A DNA stretch of 63,800 nucleotides, counting the filler, from Reclinomonas americana ATCC 50394 (Eukaryota): the NCBI GenBank assembly GCA_048213135.1. It is 17 parts of 17 records of this genome, joined end to end, with 100 filler letters (N's around TTAATTAATTAA, not from the genome) between each part and the next. Parts side by side here need not be neighbours in the genome. Positions count along the whole stretch, not along the records: positions 1 to 4,688 come from AFZH01024319.1; positions 4,789 to 8,329 come from AFZH01024320.1; positions 8,430 to 10,154 come from AFZH01024322.1; positions 10,255 to 19,364 come from AFZH01024325.1; 13 more parts are not named here. One strand, 5' to 3'. The notes below the pieces were generated by a model. It was not told the origin of the DNA, ran no database searches, and was given only the letters and a program-made list of their open reading frames with translations. The position numbers and the translations under genes were made by a program. How positions within the stretch are numbered: the stretch's first letter is position 1; each line of letters begins with the position of its first letter. This document shows positions 1 through 11,001 of the stretch, piece after piece.

Positions 1-858
1 TTGTTGCGATGCGCAGCTGCAGCTACCAGCTACGAAAGCATCTCGTGATTGCAGTACCCAGTCGTGCTACATAGCCACGTGCTTTCCCGTGGAACCTTTC
101 CTCGCGAAAGGCACTTCGCCTCTGGCTTTCCCCGCTGGCTTTCGATTCCGACCGATCGATCACCACCGTCACCCTTATCTTGTTTTTCGCCGCGCATTGA
201 TGTCTCTCCCTCGACGACCTCCTCGATCGCACGTGCGTCTGACGATGGTGCCGTCCCTCCCTTTCTCTGCACACTCACTCCGCCTCCCACCACAGCGCGA
301 CACCACACCGGTTACTTGTCTCTCCTCTCTCTCTTTTCTCTCTCTTTCCTCCCTTCTTCCCCCCTCGTCGCTCACTCACACCCACGTTGCCTCTCTATTT
401 TTCGCAGAGTTCACGCAGTTCGCGCCCATCGTCCAGCGCACAACGCACCTCCACACGTTGTGTAAAGTGTGCTGACGGTTTCACGCGCGCCACACTCTTG
501 ACAACTCACATTGTCGTTTCTTCTTCTTCTTCTTCTCCTTCCTTTGGCAGAACGCGAAGAGTGAGTGAGCACGCGTGTTCTTTTTTGTTGTCGCCTGCAT
601 TGTGAATCTGGACTCCTGCAGAGACGCCGTGCCCACATCGCGATCTAATGTCACGCGCGTGTCGCCTGGTGAGTCCTCGCTTCCCTCTCTCGTCGTTTAC
701 CCTCCTCTCATTGACGTGGCTGGCGCAGCGCGTGAGCGGTCACCCAGCAGCCGACGAGCGCTGTCGTTTGGTTCTTCGTCTCTTCGACCGCTCGGTGCTG
801 GTGAGTGAGTGCGTGGGTGCGTGACTGGCGGGCGCGCTGCTCATCACAAGACGCGGTG

Positions 859-3800
859 ATGGCAGAGGCGAGTGAGTCAGTGCTGCCGGCGGGAGCCGAC
901 CTGATGGACATGAACCCGGCGCTCTCGCAGTCGTCGTTGATCGACCAAGTGCTGCGCAATGCGGCGGCACCGTCCGGTTCGCGACGGCGATCGGCACTTG
1001 CTCGCCGCCCGTCGCCACCGCCACCGCCACCGCCACTACTACATGTGCGTCCGCTTTTCCCTTGCTCCGTCTCCCGCACGCCCTCTTGTGTCTCAGGGGG
1101 GCGTGACGCAGATCGACACCGACGTGGCCGCCATCCATGCTCCTTCGATCGACACGACTCCTCTGTCGGCGTCGGCCTCCAAGTGGATCACCTCACAGGC
1201 GCCTGCATTCACTCCCACTGCCGGGCTGTCGACCGAAAAGCTCCCTCCGAGCAAGCTGTGGTCGCACCAGGCCGATCCCAGTGCGCTGCCTACTGCTCCC
1301 GCCGCCGTGGCCAGCGAGTTGCGTCTTGTTTCTTGGTGACCGCGTGCCCCACCATCTCCCCTTTTTGTTATTTACAGCCTTTGCTTATGCAGTGGTGTAC
1401 GAACTAGTGCAGTGGTCGACATCGATGAGTTGAGTGTGGTGGCAGGAGCACCAACCAATACCGCTACTTCTGCTGCTTTCGCCGCTGATTAATTGTGTGT
1501 GCAGGTTAAAACAGGATACTGCGGAGCACGTGAGACGGCTCCGGCAGTTCCAGTTGGTGCACTCGGCAGAGTCACGCATCGCCGGCGATGCGAGAAAACC
1601 ACGCGCCGCCGCATCTGCCTCCCGCCACGCTGTGGCCGGTGGCAGTCGCGAGGAGCGCGCAGCCGTGACAATCCAGCGATGGTATCGCCGCCAGCAGGTG
1701 ATCCACTGTGATGAAGCTCTTCCACACATGCAAACCAATATGGGTTTCACCGTGCTCGAGCCGTACAGTTGCGCCAATTCGCCACGCAACAGCGAGCTCG
1801 GCTGCGCGCCGCCGCGAGTGCTGTGCGCGCGATACCAGATCGTCGCCGACCGCGAACTCCACAATTACAGTCGTGGACTTCGAGCAGCACCACGCACGCG
1901 CGGCCGATCGAAGCAATGCTGCCGCGATCCCCGGCGTCACCGTCGCCATTGCATTGTCCGCCGTCTCCAAGTGGCGTAGAAATCCTGCATGGTGGTGACT
2001 CGCCTGCACATCGTCCGCCACCACACGCGTTGGTCGTCGAAGACGTGACGGGGGAACAGGTGAGTGGGCCGCCTGTCGCACGCGTTCTCGGCGGAGACTC
2101 AACCTCTGCTGCGTAGGCAACCGCTCTTCACGTACCGCATGGAGCGACAACTGGTGAGGCACACGCTGTCACTGATTTCTGTATGTAGTACTGAAGACCG
2201 TGTTCCTCCTCCAGTTGACATTCCAGGTTTGCACACGGCCGCCGTCGCGGCTGCTGTCGAACAGGTGCGAAGGTCGCTCTCGGAAGAACTGCAACGCATG
2301 TCGCCAACAGCGGCGGCGGATCCGCGACCTGCTTCACCGGTGGCCGCACCACCGCCACTGCATCAACCGGCGTCGCAACAACGGTTGGTTGTGCCGTACT
2401 TTGTTTCAGCACTCGCTGCTGCGTCCCGAATTTGCACACACAGGTCGATCGAGGGCCGCGAGAGCCGCACGTTTGAAAAGTTGCAGAATATCATGGCATT
2501 CTTGGAGGAAGCTAATGTGCATACACGCGTCAACTCCATTACCGCCGCTGCTCTCGCTCCGTCGGCCACGTCATCGCCTGTGAAAACAGTCGTGAATGGC
2601 GATGTAAAGTTGAGTGTCGCGTGCTCTTGAAGATGTCGCCACTCTTGTCGGACACCGTTGCTGAACTGCATCGCAGTTCTGCTTCCGCGGCTGAGATGCC
2701 AGACGACGACGGTTGCAGACGCCTGTGCTTCAATCTTTGTGCACGTACTTTCGTACACTCATCTCGCTCGCAGTGGAGGTGCTAACATCCAACTTGACGT
2801 TTGCCAAATTCCGGAGCAAGCTACAGCAGGCACGTCGTGACGTGGAGGAGCGGAATGAGCGCATTGTGCAGTTGGAGCGCGACGTGGCTCGCCTGCAGGA
2901 GCGCGAGCAGCGTCTGACTCGCAAGTTGTTCGTCGGCGCCTCGCTGCTGGTCGCTTTTTTCTTTCCGTCGCTGACGTTGCGTCGTGTGCCAGTGAGACCG
3001 CCGCCCAGGCCGAACTCGAGAGTCAGAGGCGTGAATTCGAGCAGATTCACGCGCGACAACTGGCCTTTGTTCACGAGTTGGTCATCGACAAGCAACAACT
3101 GACCAAGAACATGAACGACATGGCGGAGACTCTGAAACGCGTCCAGCAGGAACACGCAGCCAAGGTACATACATCCGCAGTGCTGCGCTGCTTGGCGCAG
3201 GTAGTTTTCATGAGTTTTTCTCCGAGTGCAGCGAGCTGCCGACGAAGCCGAGTTGGAGCAGCGGCTGAAGAAAGCCAAGGAGGGCTGGATTGCCGCTGAA
3301 AGAGTGCGTCGGGAGAACTGGCAGACGGCCAAGGAGAAGGAGATGAAGCAGTCGGCGTGGAGTGAGATGGAGCCAGAGGTCAAGCGAATGTTGCGAGTTG
3401 CGTGATGCGTGCCTATTTGCATGCCTCCTCTTTCCTGGGTGGCTATTGAGCGCGTGTGCAGCAACACAAGACAAAGGCCGCCGAGATGACTCGTGCACAC
3501 GAGGATGAGATGCACAGATTACAATTGCAGCTACAGGCGGAGCACCAGGATGCCATGGTATGTGCGTTTGTGAAAAAAATGTGTTTACTGCAGATCCTCA
3601 CCATCCACTCGCAGGCGGAGATGCGTCGGCGCTGTGTACAGGAACTCGAGGAAGCGGTGCAGGCTGAGCGCGATGCTACCAGTCGAAAGTACCGTGACGA
3701 GGCCAGTCATTTGGACGGAAGAGTTGTGTGTCACTGGTGTGGTGGGCAATTAGGCGGCCGTGTCCACTCAATATGTCCTTCTCGTGCCACCGATGCAGTT

Positions 3801-4688
3801 GCAAGCGGAGCGAAGAAAATGGGTGCAGCAGATGGAACAGGAACGCAGTGAGATGGAGGAACAGCTTCGCCGGGAGAGGTTTTGTGTGGCGTCCGTGCAT
3901 TGCGCCACGCATCCACCTTCCTGTTCTCCTCACTGCCACTGTGCACGTGCAGGCTCAATCTCGCTCGCCAGCGCGAGGAGATGCGTGAGGCCGAGGAGCA
4001 CCGCGAAAAGGAGATGCACGATAGACTCGAGTCGCTCCGCACTACTCTCAACACACACCACCAGTCTGAGGTATTGTACCCCGTTCGCCTCCTTCGCCGT
4101 TCCACCCCCGCTGACTGTGGTCCGTGTGGCAGCTGGATCTTCTGGCACAGAAACTGGCCAGAGAGCGTGCCGACTGGGAGCGCTCGCAGCGAGAGCAGAT
4201 CAATGACGAGTTTGCGCGCAAGGAGGTACGTGATATACGACCGACCAGTGGAGCCGTGAGGGTCTCTCACTGTGTTGAACGTCATGCAGGTGGAAAGTCG
4301 CCGAGCAATGGAGGCAGAGCGCAACGCGCAACTGGAACGCGTCATCGAGAAGCTCGAGGAGGAGGCTGCAGCCTCGCAGACAGATACAGTACGTGACTGT
4401 GAGGCGCGCCTTCGAACAGCCCGAGATCAGCATCAACGACAGCAGCGAGTGCTGGAGGCGGAAATCGCCGACTGGCGAGTGAAGCACGCGGAAGCCGTCG
4501 CGAGAGCGGACGCAGCAGACACCAAGTGCGCCAGCTTGCAGGCACTTGTCGAGGTGTTGCAGCGCGAGAATGCCACCAAATCCGAGGCCATGCGGCAGGT
4601 CGAGTTGCGACACGACCGCACGGTGGCCGAGCAGCAAGCGGCTGGTTTGTCAACATTGCCCGTCACTCGGCCTCCTCTTCTCTCTCTC
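859..4688 (+). CDS. CEP131: Centrosomal protein CEP131/AZI1-like; multi-exon, 3' end truncated
   Basis: IQ-like motif AAVTIQRWYRRQQ. Spliced coiled-coil exons 'RQLAFVHELVIDKQQL...AERVRRENWQTAKEKEMKQSAWSEMEPEVKRMLRQHK' resemble the CEP131 core (RHLAFIDQLIEDK...EKARREKW...GLEPEIQKLIARHK). Introns are GT-AG. Confidence 0.75.
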
Positions 4689-4788
4689 NNNNNNNNNNNN
4701 NNNNNNNNNNNNNNNNNNNNNNNNNNNNNNNNTTAATTAATTAANNNNNNNNNNNNNNNNNNNNNNNNNNNNNNNNNNNNNNNNNNNN
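4689..4788. other. Artificial contig linker (N-run + TTAATTAATTAA + N-run); occurs 16 times in the window
   Basis: The same six-frame-stop linker sits between N runs, and sequence character changes abruptly across it. Confidence 0.98.
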
Positions 4789-4797
4789 ACCTACCGA

Positions 4798-4929
<132 letters not shown>

Positions 4930-4979
4930 ATGAGTGCCTATTAACAACAAAGTGGGGAATGATATCACCAAGCAATAGG

Positions 4980-7900
4980 AGCACCTCCACTTCGGCAGCT
5001 GCAGTTGTCGCTGCTGCAGGCGCATCGCCAGCACCATCTGCGCCGTCGTCACTCTCGCTCTCGTCGGCATCGGCAGCCGGAGATGGCCGCTCAAACACAC
5101 CAGCCTGCAGTGGGTAAATTCTTGTGAGTCATCGGTTCACCTCCCCGTGTGATAAGAGAGATTGGCGAACCGACGACGCAGCGGCAGCGGGACTCTCCAC
5201 CCACGGTCGACGCTCGTTGAAATGCCTGGCGATGCACGAATCGTCCACTCGGAACAGGAAGCCGTAGCCCATCACCAGCGCATTGGGCGTCATAAAATTC
5301 TTCTTGCCACGAATCATGAAGCTGCCAGTCGTCAGATACTCGCCACTCGGTGCCGTCTTCGACACCTGGTCCGCGTAGACCCAGTACGCACTCGTCAACA
5401 CCTGCGAGTGGTGGCAATCAGCAGTGTGAACGACGACGACTGGTCCTGGAAGTCACACACCTTGCGATCCCACGCCGACGAGTGACACACACAAAAGCTG
5501 CCGGCCTGGTTGAGCGTGAGCACCGGCACCTCGCCGCCCACATGATTCTTGATGATGCACGACGACGCGCCAATCACGTCGGCGTGCACGTACACGTCGT
5601 TCTTCTTCATGTACCGCTTCACCAGCATTTCGTTTTGCTGGGCATCGCGACCACTCACGACCACATAGTTCTCGGACGAGATGAACCAGTGGAACTTTTC
5701 AAACCACCATCGCTTGCGAATAATCTGCAACGCAGGCTTATGCTGCTGTTGCACCTGCACCCCAGTCACCCCGGCCGTTAGCCTCCGGCAGACGGTCACT
5801 CGCAAGCAGATGGCACGCAACCTGAGAGAGTGAATCCCGAGCACGCCGCTCGGCAGCACGCACAGCCTTGTCCGCCGCAGAGACTGTCTTGTGTGCCTTC
5901 TCGGCCGCTGCCTTCTTCTCTGCGTAGTACCGTCGGGTGTTTGCATGTGCCGACAAACCAATGTCCACATCGACCTTGACCAAACGAGGGCCGCGTGTCG
6001 CCGCCGCCGCCGCCTCATCGTCACTGTCCTCGTCGTCGTCCTGCTCGCCGTCGCTTGCAGGTTGGCGGAACGGGGTGTCGCCCTCTGGTAGCAGCAGTGT
6101 AATCTACCCACGCACATGAGAAAAACGACGAGAGGGAGAAAGAGAGAGTGTGAGAGAGAGAGGAAGAGAAAGGCAGCGCACCGCATTTCGGTCGAGCTTC
6201 AGCTTCCAGATCATTTGTGCAATCGGATTGCCTTGCGTGCGTTGCTCATCAATCACATTCTGCAGCTCCGACCAGTCCATGCCGTGCGCCAGCGCACTTC
6301 GCACAACCAGAATGGCCTCCTCCACCTGCGCCGCATGAATCTCCAACAGCTCGGCCTTGAAGCGCGACACCTCTTGCGTATCCTGCAGCCGACGAATGCG
6401 CTGCGCTTGATCCTCTTGCAACTGACGCAGTTTCTTGGTGATGGCCCGCTCCTGCACAATGATAAGCACGGCATACGACTTCAGCCAGCTTCAAGCAAAG
6501 GAAGAGGAATGAATCGCTCTCAGTACGAGATGCACCACTCCCTTTCTCCTACACACGTAACCTTTGCAGAGTGCTCTACTTCAAGTTTCTGCGTTTCGGA
6601 GCGCGCGAAAAACTCATCGACAGCGTCGTTGAACGAGGGGAACTCCACAGCCGGGCGACCAGCGTGTTGCGCCAGCAGCATGGGTGTATACTCGGCATAC
6701 CTACAACAACGTGAGTGACACGCATTGCACTCCCAGCGTTCCGGTTCTACGCGCAACAGTGGATTCGACTCAGCGCCCTCGGTCGACGCGCTTCCCTCCG
6801 GTCTCTCGTGACACACAATAAAGGCCTGCACAGGCATGCATCGGATGAGTGCGAGAGGATGGATTCACCAGCAGACTGACGGCGCAGACCTTGCTTCTCG
6901 ACGAGCCGGCATGCAAAAATATCTCATCCACTTGACGGAGAGCATCGACGAGTCTGTGCAGAGCCTCCGAACCTACGCCAACAGGGTGTGGTCAGTACAC
7001 GGAATGCGGACGACAGCAGCCGGCGCACCACATCACACGACGAACCAGCAGATCGGTCGACCTTGGAGACCTTGACGTTGTGCGAGAAGCCTGCGGTGCG
7101 CACGGCGTGCTCGGCCAGCGCCGGTCCACAATCTGCACGCCAGTGTGAGTCGTTCGTGGCGGCCTTCCCCTTCGCTCTTACAACGAAGCGACGCTCTCAC
7201 CAAGATTGACGCCGAGCACCTGCCGCAAGTTCTTGCTCTGCGCCTCGGGATCCTCCAGCAGCGGCAGCAGCCGTTCAATCGAGGTTGGCACATATTCGCG
7301 CACCGTGTCACGCGGGAACAGCTCGCCCACTGCGTATCGCACATCCTCGTTGGCCTCCTCTGTGCGTTGTGTGTGAGCACAAGCCAGTCAGGCAGCACTG
7401 TTATCGCAGCAGTACGCACCACCGGCGACTGCATGCGAATGCGTGCGCAGGAGAGCCAGGATGCGATACTCGTGATCGCACAGAATAATGTTGCCGCGAG
7501 CGTAGAACTCGAAGATGAGGAAGTACATGTTGGGCCCGTGCGTACCAAACTGCATGCACACGACGCGATCGGAGCCCAGCTGGCTAATGTCATCCAGACG
7601 CCACGTTCGAATGTGCTTGCGAAGCTGCGCCATCCGCACTGTCGTTAGAAGCAGCAACAGCAGACTGTGCCGATGAAGAGCAGCAGCACCTTCATGGAGA
7701 AGGGCGACGGGGAGCTATTCTTGGAGCGATGAAAGGCCGACACATGCAATCGCATGCCGCTCTCCACGAGCACGTGGCACTTGTCCTCGGACTTGGCAAA
7801 CTTGAAAATGTACGTGCGCGGGTTGATGTCGTAGACGTTGGCAAGGCGGTGGCCCACCAGACGCTCTCGCAGCTCCGCCACCGCCACGCGAATGTCGAAC

Positions 7901-8022
7901 CTGCACACGCACACACACGCACACGCCCCCCATCATTGCAATCAGCGCAATGCTGATGCTGTCACGAGAAAGAGAGAGAGTGAGGGAGTACGCAACACGC
8001 TGAATCGCTTGGCGGTCGCCAT
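4980..8022 (-). CDS. NEMF: Ribosome quality control factor NEMF/Rqc2 (NFACT family); multi-exon, 3' end truncated
   Basis: [115 protein letters not shown]. Confidence 0.93.
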
Positions 8023-8118
8023 TGGGTTGAAGGTAAAGGTTGTTGAAGGTCGAAGTGACGTCACCGCGGCAACTGTCCACATAACACAACTTTTTTCTCT
8101 AGCCTCGTCACGCAAAAA

Positions 8119-8288
8119 ATGGAGTCTGTCGCCACGTCGCCCTACGATCCACGGTTCCCCAACCAGAACCAGGCAAGTGCTTCTCTCATTTTTCTTTCTC
8201 TGACATGGAGGAGACTGCATGCAAACTGACGTGCATGCACGCACACACAGACGAAGCACTGCTTCGTGTCGTACGTCGAGTACTTCAG
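8119..8288 (+). CDS. COX6B: Cytochrome c oxidase subunit 6B (COX12), first two exons, truncated
   Basis: Exons 8119-8172 and 8251-8288 give MESVATSPYDPRFPNQNQ-TKHCFVSYVEYF, which carries the D-x-RFPNQNQT-x-x-C motif. Intron 1 is GC-AG (GCAAGT...CAG). Not in the ORF track. Confidence 0.88.
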
Positions 8289-8429
8289 GTGAGAGAGATA
8301 CAGAAAGAGAGAGCGCGCGCGTGTGTATGNNNNNNNNNNNNNNNNNNNNNNNNNNNNNNNNNNNNNNNNNNNNTTAATTAATTAANNNNNNNNNNNNNNN
8401 NNNNNNNNNNNNNNNNNNNNNNNNNNNNN

Positions 8430-9203
8430 CTGGCCTGGTTGACGGGTCTGCTGGTCGGGATGTGGGGCGGCGTGGTCGTGCTGTTCACGCTGATCCCGAC
8501 GCTGGCGCTCAGCAGCGCCGACATGACCGTGTTCTGCAGCCTGCTGCTGATGGCGCACGCCATACCGGTCGAGCAGCGCATCGTCGCCAAGGCGGGGCCG
8601 AATGTCTGGACGACGTCGATCATCCGCATTGCCGGCGCGATGGTTTTCGCTGCGCTGCTGCACCTGCTCTTTTCCGCAACCGGCTGGCTGTCGCAGCCGA
8701 TCGCCCCGGTTTGGCAGCCTGGGGCGGGCGAGGGCGGCTGGCTCGGCTTCGCCCATGGCACCGCCAAGACGCTGCTGGTGATGCTCGCGGTCCTGCTGGC
8801 CCTTTCCTGGGTGATGGAACTGCTCAGGGCCGCGGGCATTCTCGCTGTGCTCTACAAGGGACTCGCGCCGCTGTTCCGTCTGGTCGGCCTGCGGCCTGAG
8901 GCGCTGCCGTTCACCACCGTCGGCCTGCTGCTCGGCATTTCCTATGGCAGCGGGCTGATGCTGGCGGAGGTGCGCCGGCAGCCGATCGAGCCGCGCCAGA
9001 TCTTCCTCGCCAGCGTCTTCATGGGCTTCGCCCACAGCCTGATCGAGGACACGCTGATCGTGGTCGCGCTGGGGGCGGACCTGACGACGGTGCTGTTCGG
9101 GCGGCTCGTGTTTGCGATCGTGGCGACGGCGGCCGTCGCCTTTGTGCTCGAGCGGTTTTCGGGTGCGCTGATCGCGCAGGGCGATTCCGCGAGCCGGTTC
9201 TAG
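8430..9203 (+). CDS. Nucleoside-recognition (Gate) domain membrane protein, 5' partial (bacterial)
   Basis: Multi-TM ORF with 'AHAIPVEQ', 'GLLLGISYGSGL' and 'AHSLIEDT' motifs; high GC3. Confidence 0.7.
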   Translation: MAWLTGLLVGMWGGVVVLFTLIPTLALSSADMTVFCSLLLMAHAIPVEQRIVAKAGPNVWTTSIIRIAGAMVFAALLHLLFSATGWLSQPIAPVWQPGAGEGGWLGFAHGTAKTLLVMLAVLLALSWVMELLRAAGILAVLYKGLAPLFRLVGLRPEALPFTTVGLLLGISYGSGLMLAEVRRQPIEPRQIFLASVFMGFAHSLIEDTLIVVALGADLTTVLFGRLVFAIVATAAVAFVLERFSGALIAQGDSASRF

Positions 9204-9342
9204 CAGTGACGCGCTAGGCGGCGAAGCGTTCGGGGCTGGGAAACTTGGGCTGGACGCTTCGGGTGCGAGTCCGCTCCTGGCCCATTGCGGACCTAGATTG
9301 TTGCCTCCATCATGCGTTCAAGCAACGGGAGCCGTGCTTAAT

Positions 9343-10083
9343 ATGGCAGATCGAGCGCTCTACGACGATCCGCTGATCAGCGTCGCCTATAGCGAGCTGC
9401 GGTCCCGGCCTGGGGGCCCCAATGAGGTTATCGAGCAGCCCGCGCTCCGATCGCTGATGCCTTCACTTCAGGGAAGGGACGTCGTTGACTTGGGCTGTGG
9501 CTCGGGCGGCTTGGCACGGTTGGCTCTCGAACAAGGCGCGCGTTCGGTGAGGGCCTTCGACGCTTCGGAGCAGATGATCCGAGAGGCGATCAAGCTCGGC
9601 GGCGATTCTCGTTCGCGTTACGAGATTGGCCGGATCGAGGATGTCGTGCTTCCCGATCGCAGCGCTGATGTCGTCATCAGCGGGCTTGCCCTGCATTACA
9701 TCCCTGACGTCATGACATTGTCGAGGCGCGTTAGTGGATGGCTGAGAGAAGGGGGAAGTTTCATTTTCTCTGTTGAGCACCCGATAATGACATGCGCCTC
9801 CCGGCAATGGGCTGAGGCGACTGACGGCACACGGCAGCATTGGCCGGTGGATCGCTATCTTGAGGAGGGGACACGGCTTGTCCGATGGCTAGGCGTCGAC
9901 ACACCAAGGGAACATCGTGCCGTCGCCAGCTACATAAATGCCCTGATCGACGCAGGCTTGGTCATCCGCCGCGTTCTCGAACCCGGACCCGATCCTGTTT
10001 CATTGCAGCAATGGCCGAAATTGGCTGACCATATCCGGCGTCCAGCGTTTCTAATCATTCGAGCCGATCGTCAGTCGGCCTAA
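9343..10083 (+). CDS. Class I SAM-dependent methyltransferase (bacterial)
   Basis: VVDLGCGSG motif I, 'DVVISGLALHY' and 'FIFSVEHP'. Confidence 0.88.
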   Translation: MADRALYDDPLISVAYSELRSRPGGPNEVIEQPALRSLMPSLQGRDVVDLGCGSGGLARLALEQGARSVRAFDASEQMIREAIKLGGDSRSRYEIGRIEDVVLPDRSADVVISGLALHYIPDVMTLSRRVSGWLREGGSFIFSVEHPIMTCASRQWAEATDGTRQHWPVDRYLEEGTRLVRWLGVDTPREHRAVASYINALIDAGLVIRRVLEPGPDPVSLQQWPKLADHIRRPAFLIIRADRQSA

Positions 10084-10254
10084 CGGGCGATAACTCCTTC
10101 CCATCGGAAGCAGCCACAAGAGCGACCAGGGCAATCGGTGCGCTCGTATGGCCGNNNNNNNNNNNNNNNNNNNNNNNNNNNNNNNNNNNNNNNNNNNNTT
10201 AATTAATTAANNNNNNNNNNNNNNNNNNNNNNNNNNNNNNNNNNNNNNNNNNNN

Positions 10255-10739
10255 GTTGGGCATGGTCATTCCTCTCACACACACACACGCACCGTCGTTC
10301 TTGCTCCTCAATCTTGCGTCGCAGATCCGCATACTTCTTCTCCAAGTACGCCTTGACAGCGGCCGCCTTTTCCAGTGTGATGGGACTCGGTTCCACGCCA
10401 TCGTCCTCCAACTCCTCATCGTCATCCTCCTCCTCTCCCTCCTCTCCCTCCTCGCCTTCCTCCTCGCCTTCCTCGCCCTCGCGCAACTCACTCTCGGCTT
10501 CCGCTGCGGCCGCGGCGGCGGCGGCATCGTCTCCGAGCTCTCGGCGCTACATTATTGGTGTCAGACACTCTCTCATGTGTGTGCGTGTGTGTGATGAGTG
10601 TGAGACTTACCAATTGAGCACGAAGCTCTGCCGCGCGCTGTTGTTGCGAGGTTGCGGCGGAGGGCGGCGACTGTGGAGTGGTGGCTGCACTTCCGCCAGC
10701 AGAGCGTGGCTGCGGCACTTGGGGCATGCGCGACGCCAT
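10255..10739 (-). CDS. 5' exons of an NDR/LATS-like AGC kinase (truncated; kinase domain not in contig)
   Basis: An acidic tract is followed by 'SPITLEKAAAVKAYLEKKY...EQERR', which resembles the NDR N-terminal MOB-binding region. Confidence 0.5.
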
Positions 10740-11001
10740 GATTGGTGCGAGTCGTTTAGCGGGACAGATGACGGCGCGAGCCCGTCGATTCTGTCCTTGT
10801 AGAAAAAAGCCGTTTCGTTCGTGGGCTGGAGGAAACGCTCTCTTCTCGCGCCAGACGAGCAACCGAGACGCGTTGTGCGTAATCCGCTTCTTTCTATCTC
10901 TCTTTCTCCCTCTGTCTTTGTCGCCCCGCTGTGTGCTGCTCCTTGGGTTGCTGACTTTAGTGCGGGCAGTTTTTTTCTTGTGTTGACGACGACGCACGCA
11001 A

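Noticed and set aside
4689..4788. Recurring TTAATTAATTAA as a biological repeat or CRISPR-like element
   Set aside because: It is always embedded in fixed N runs, so it is an artificial contig spacer.
7900..7996. Non-GT-AG introns in the eukaryotic genes
   Set aside because: The cases I traced resolve as GT-AG (one GC-AG) once the GTT-shifted donor is used.
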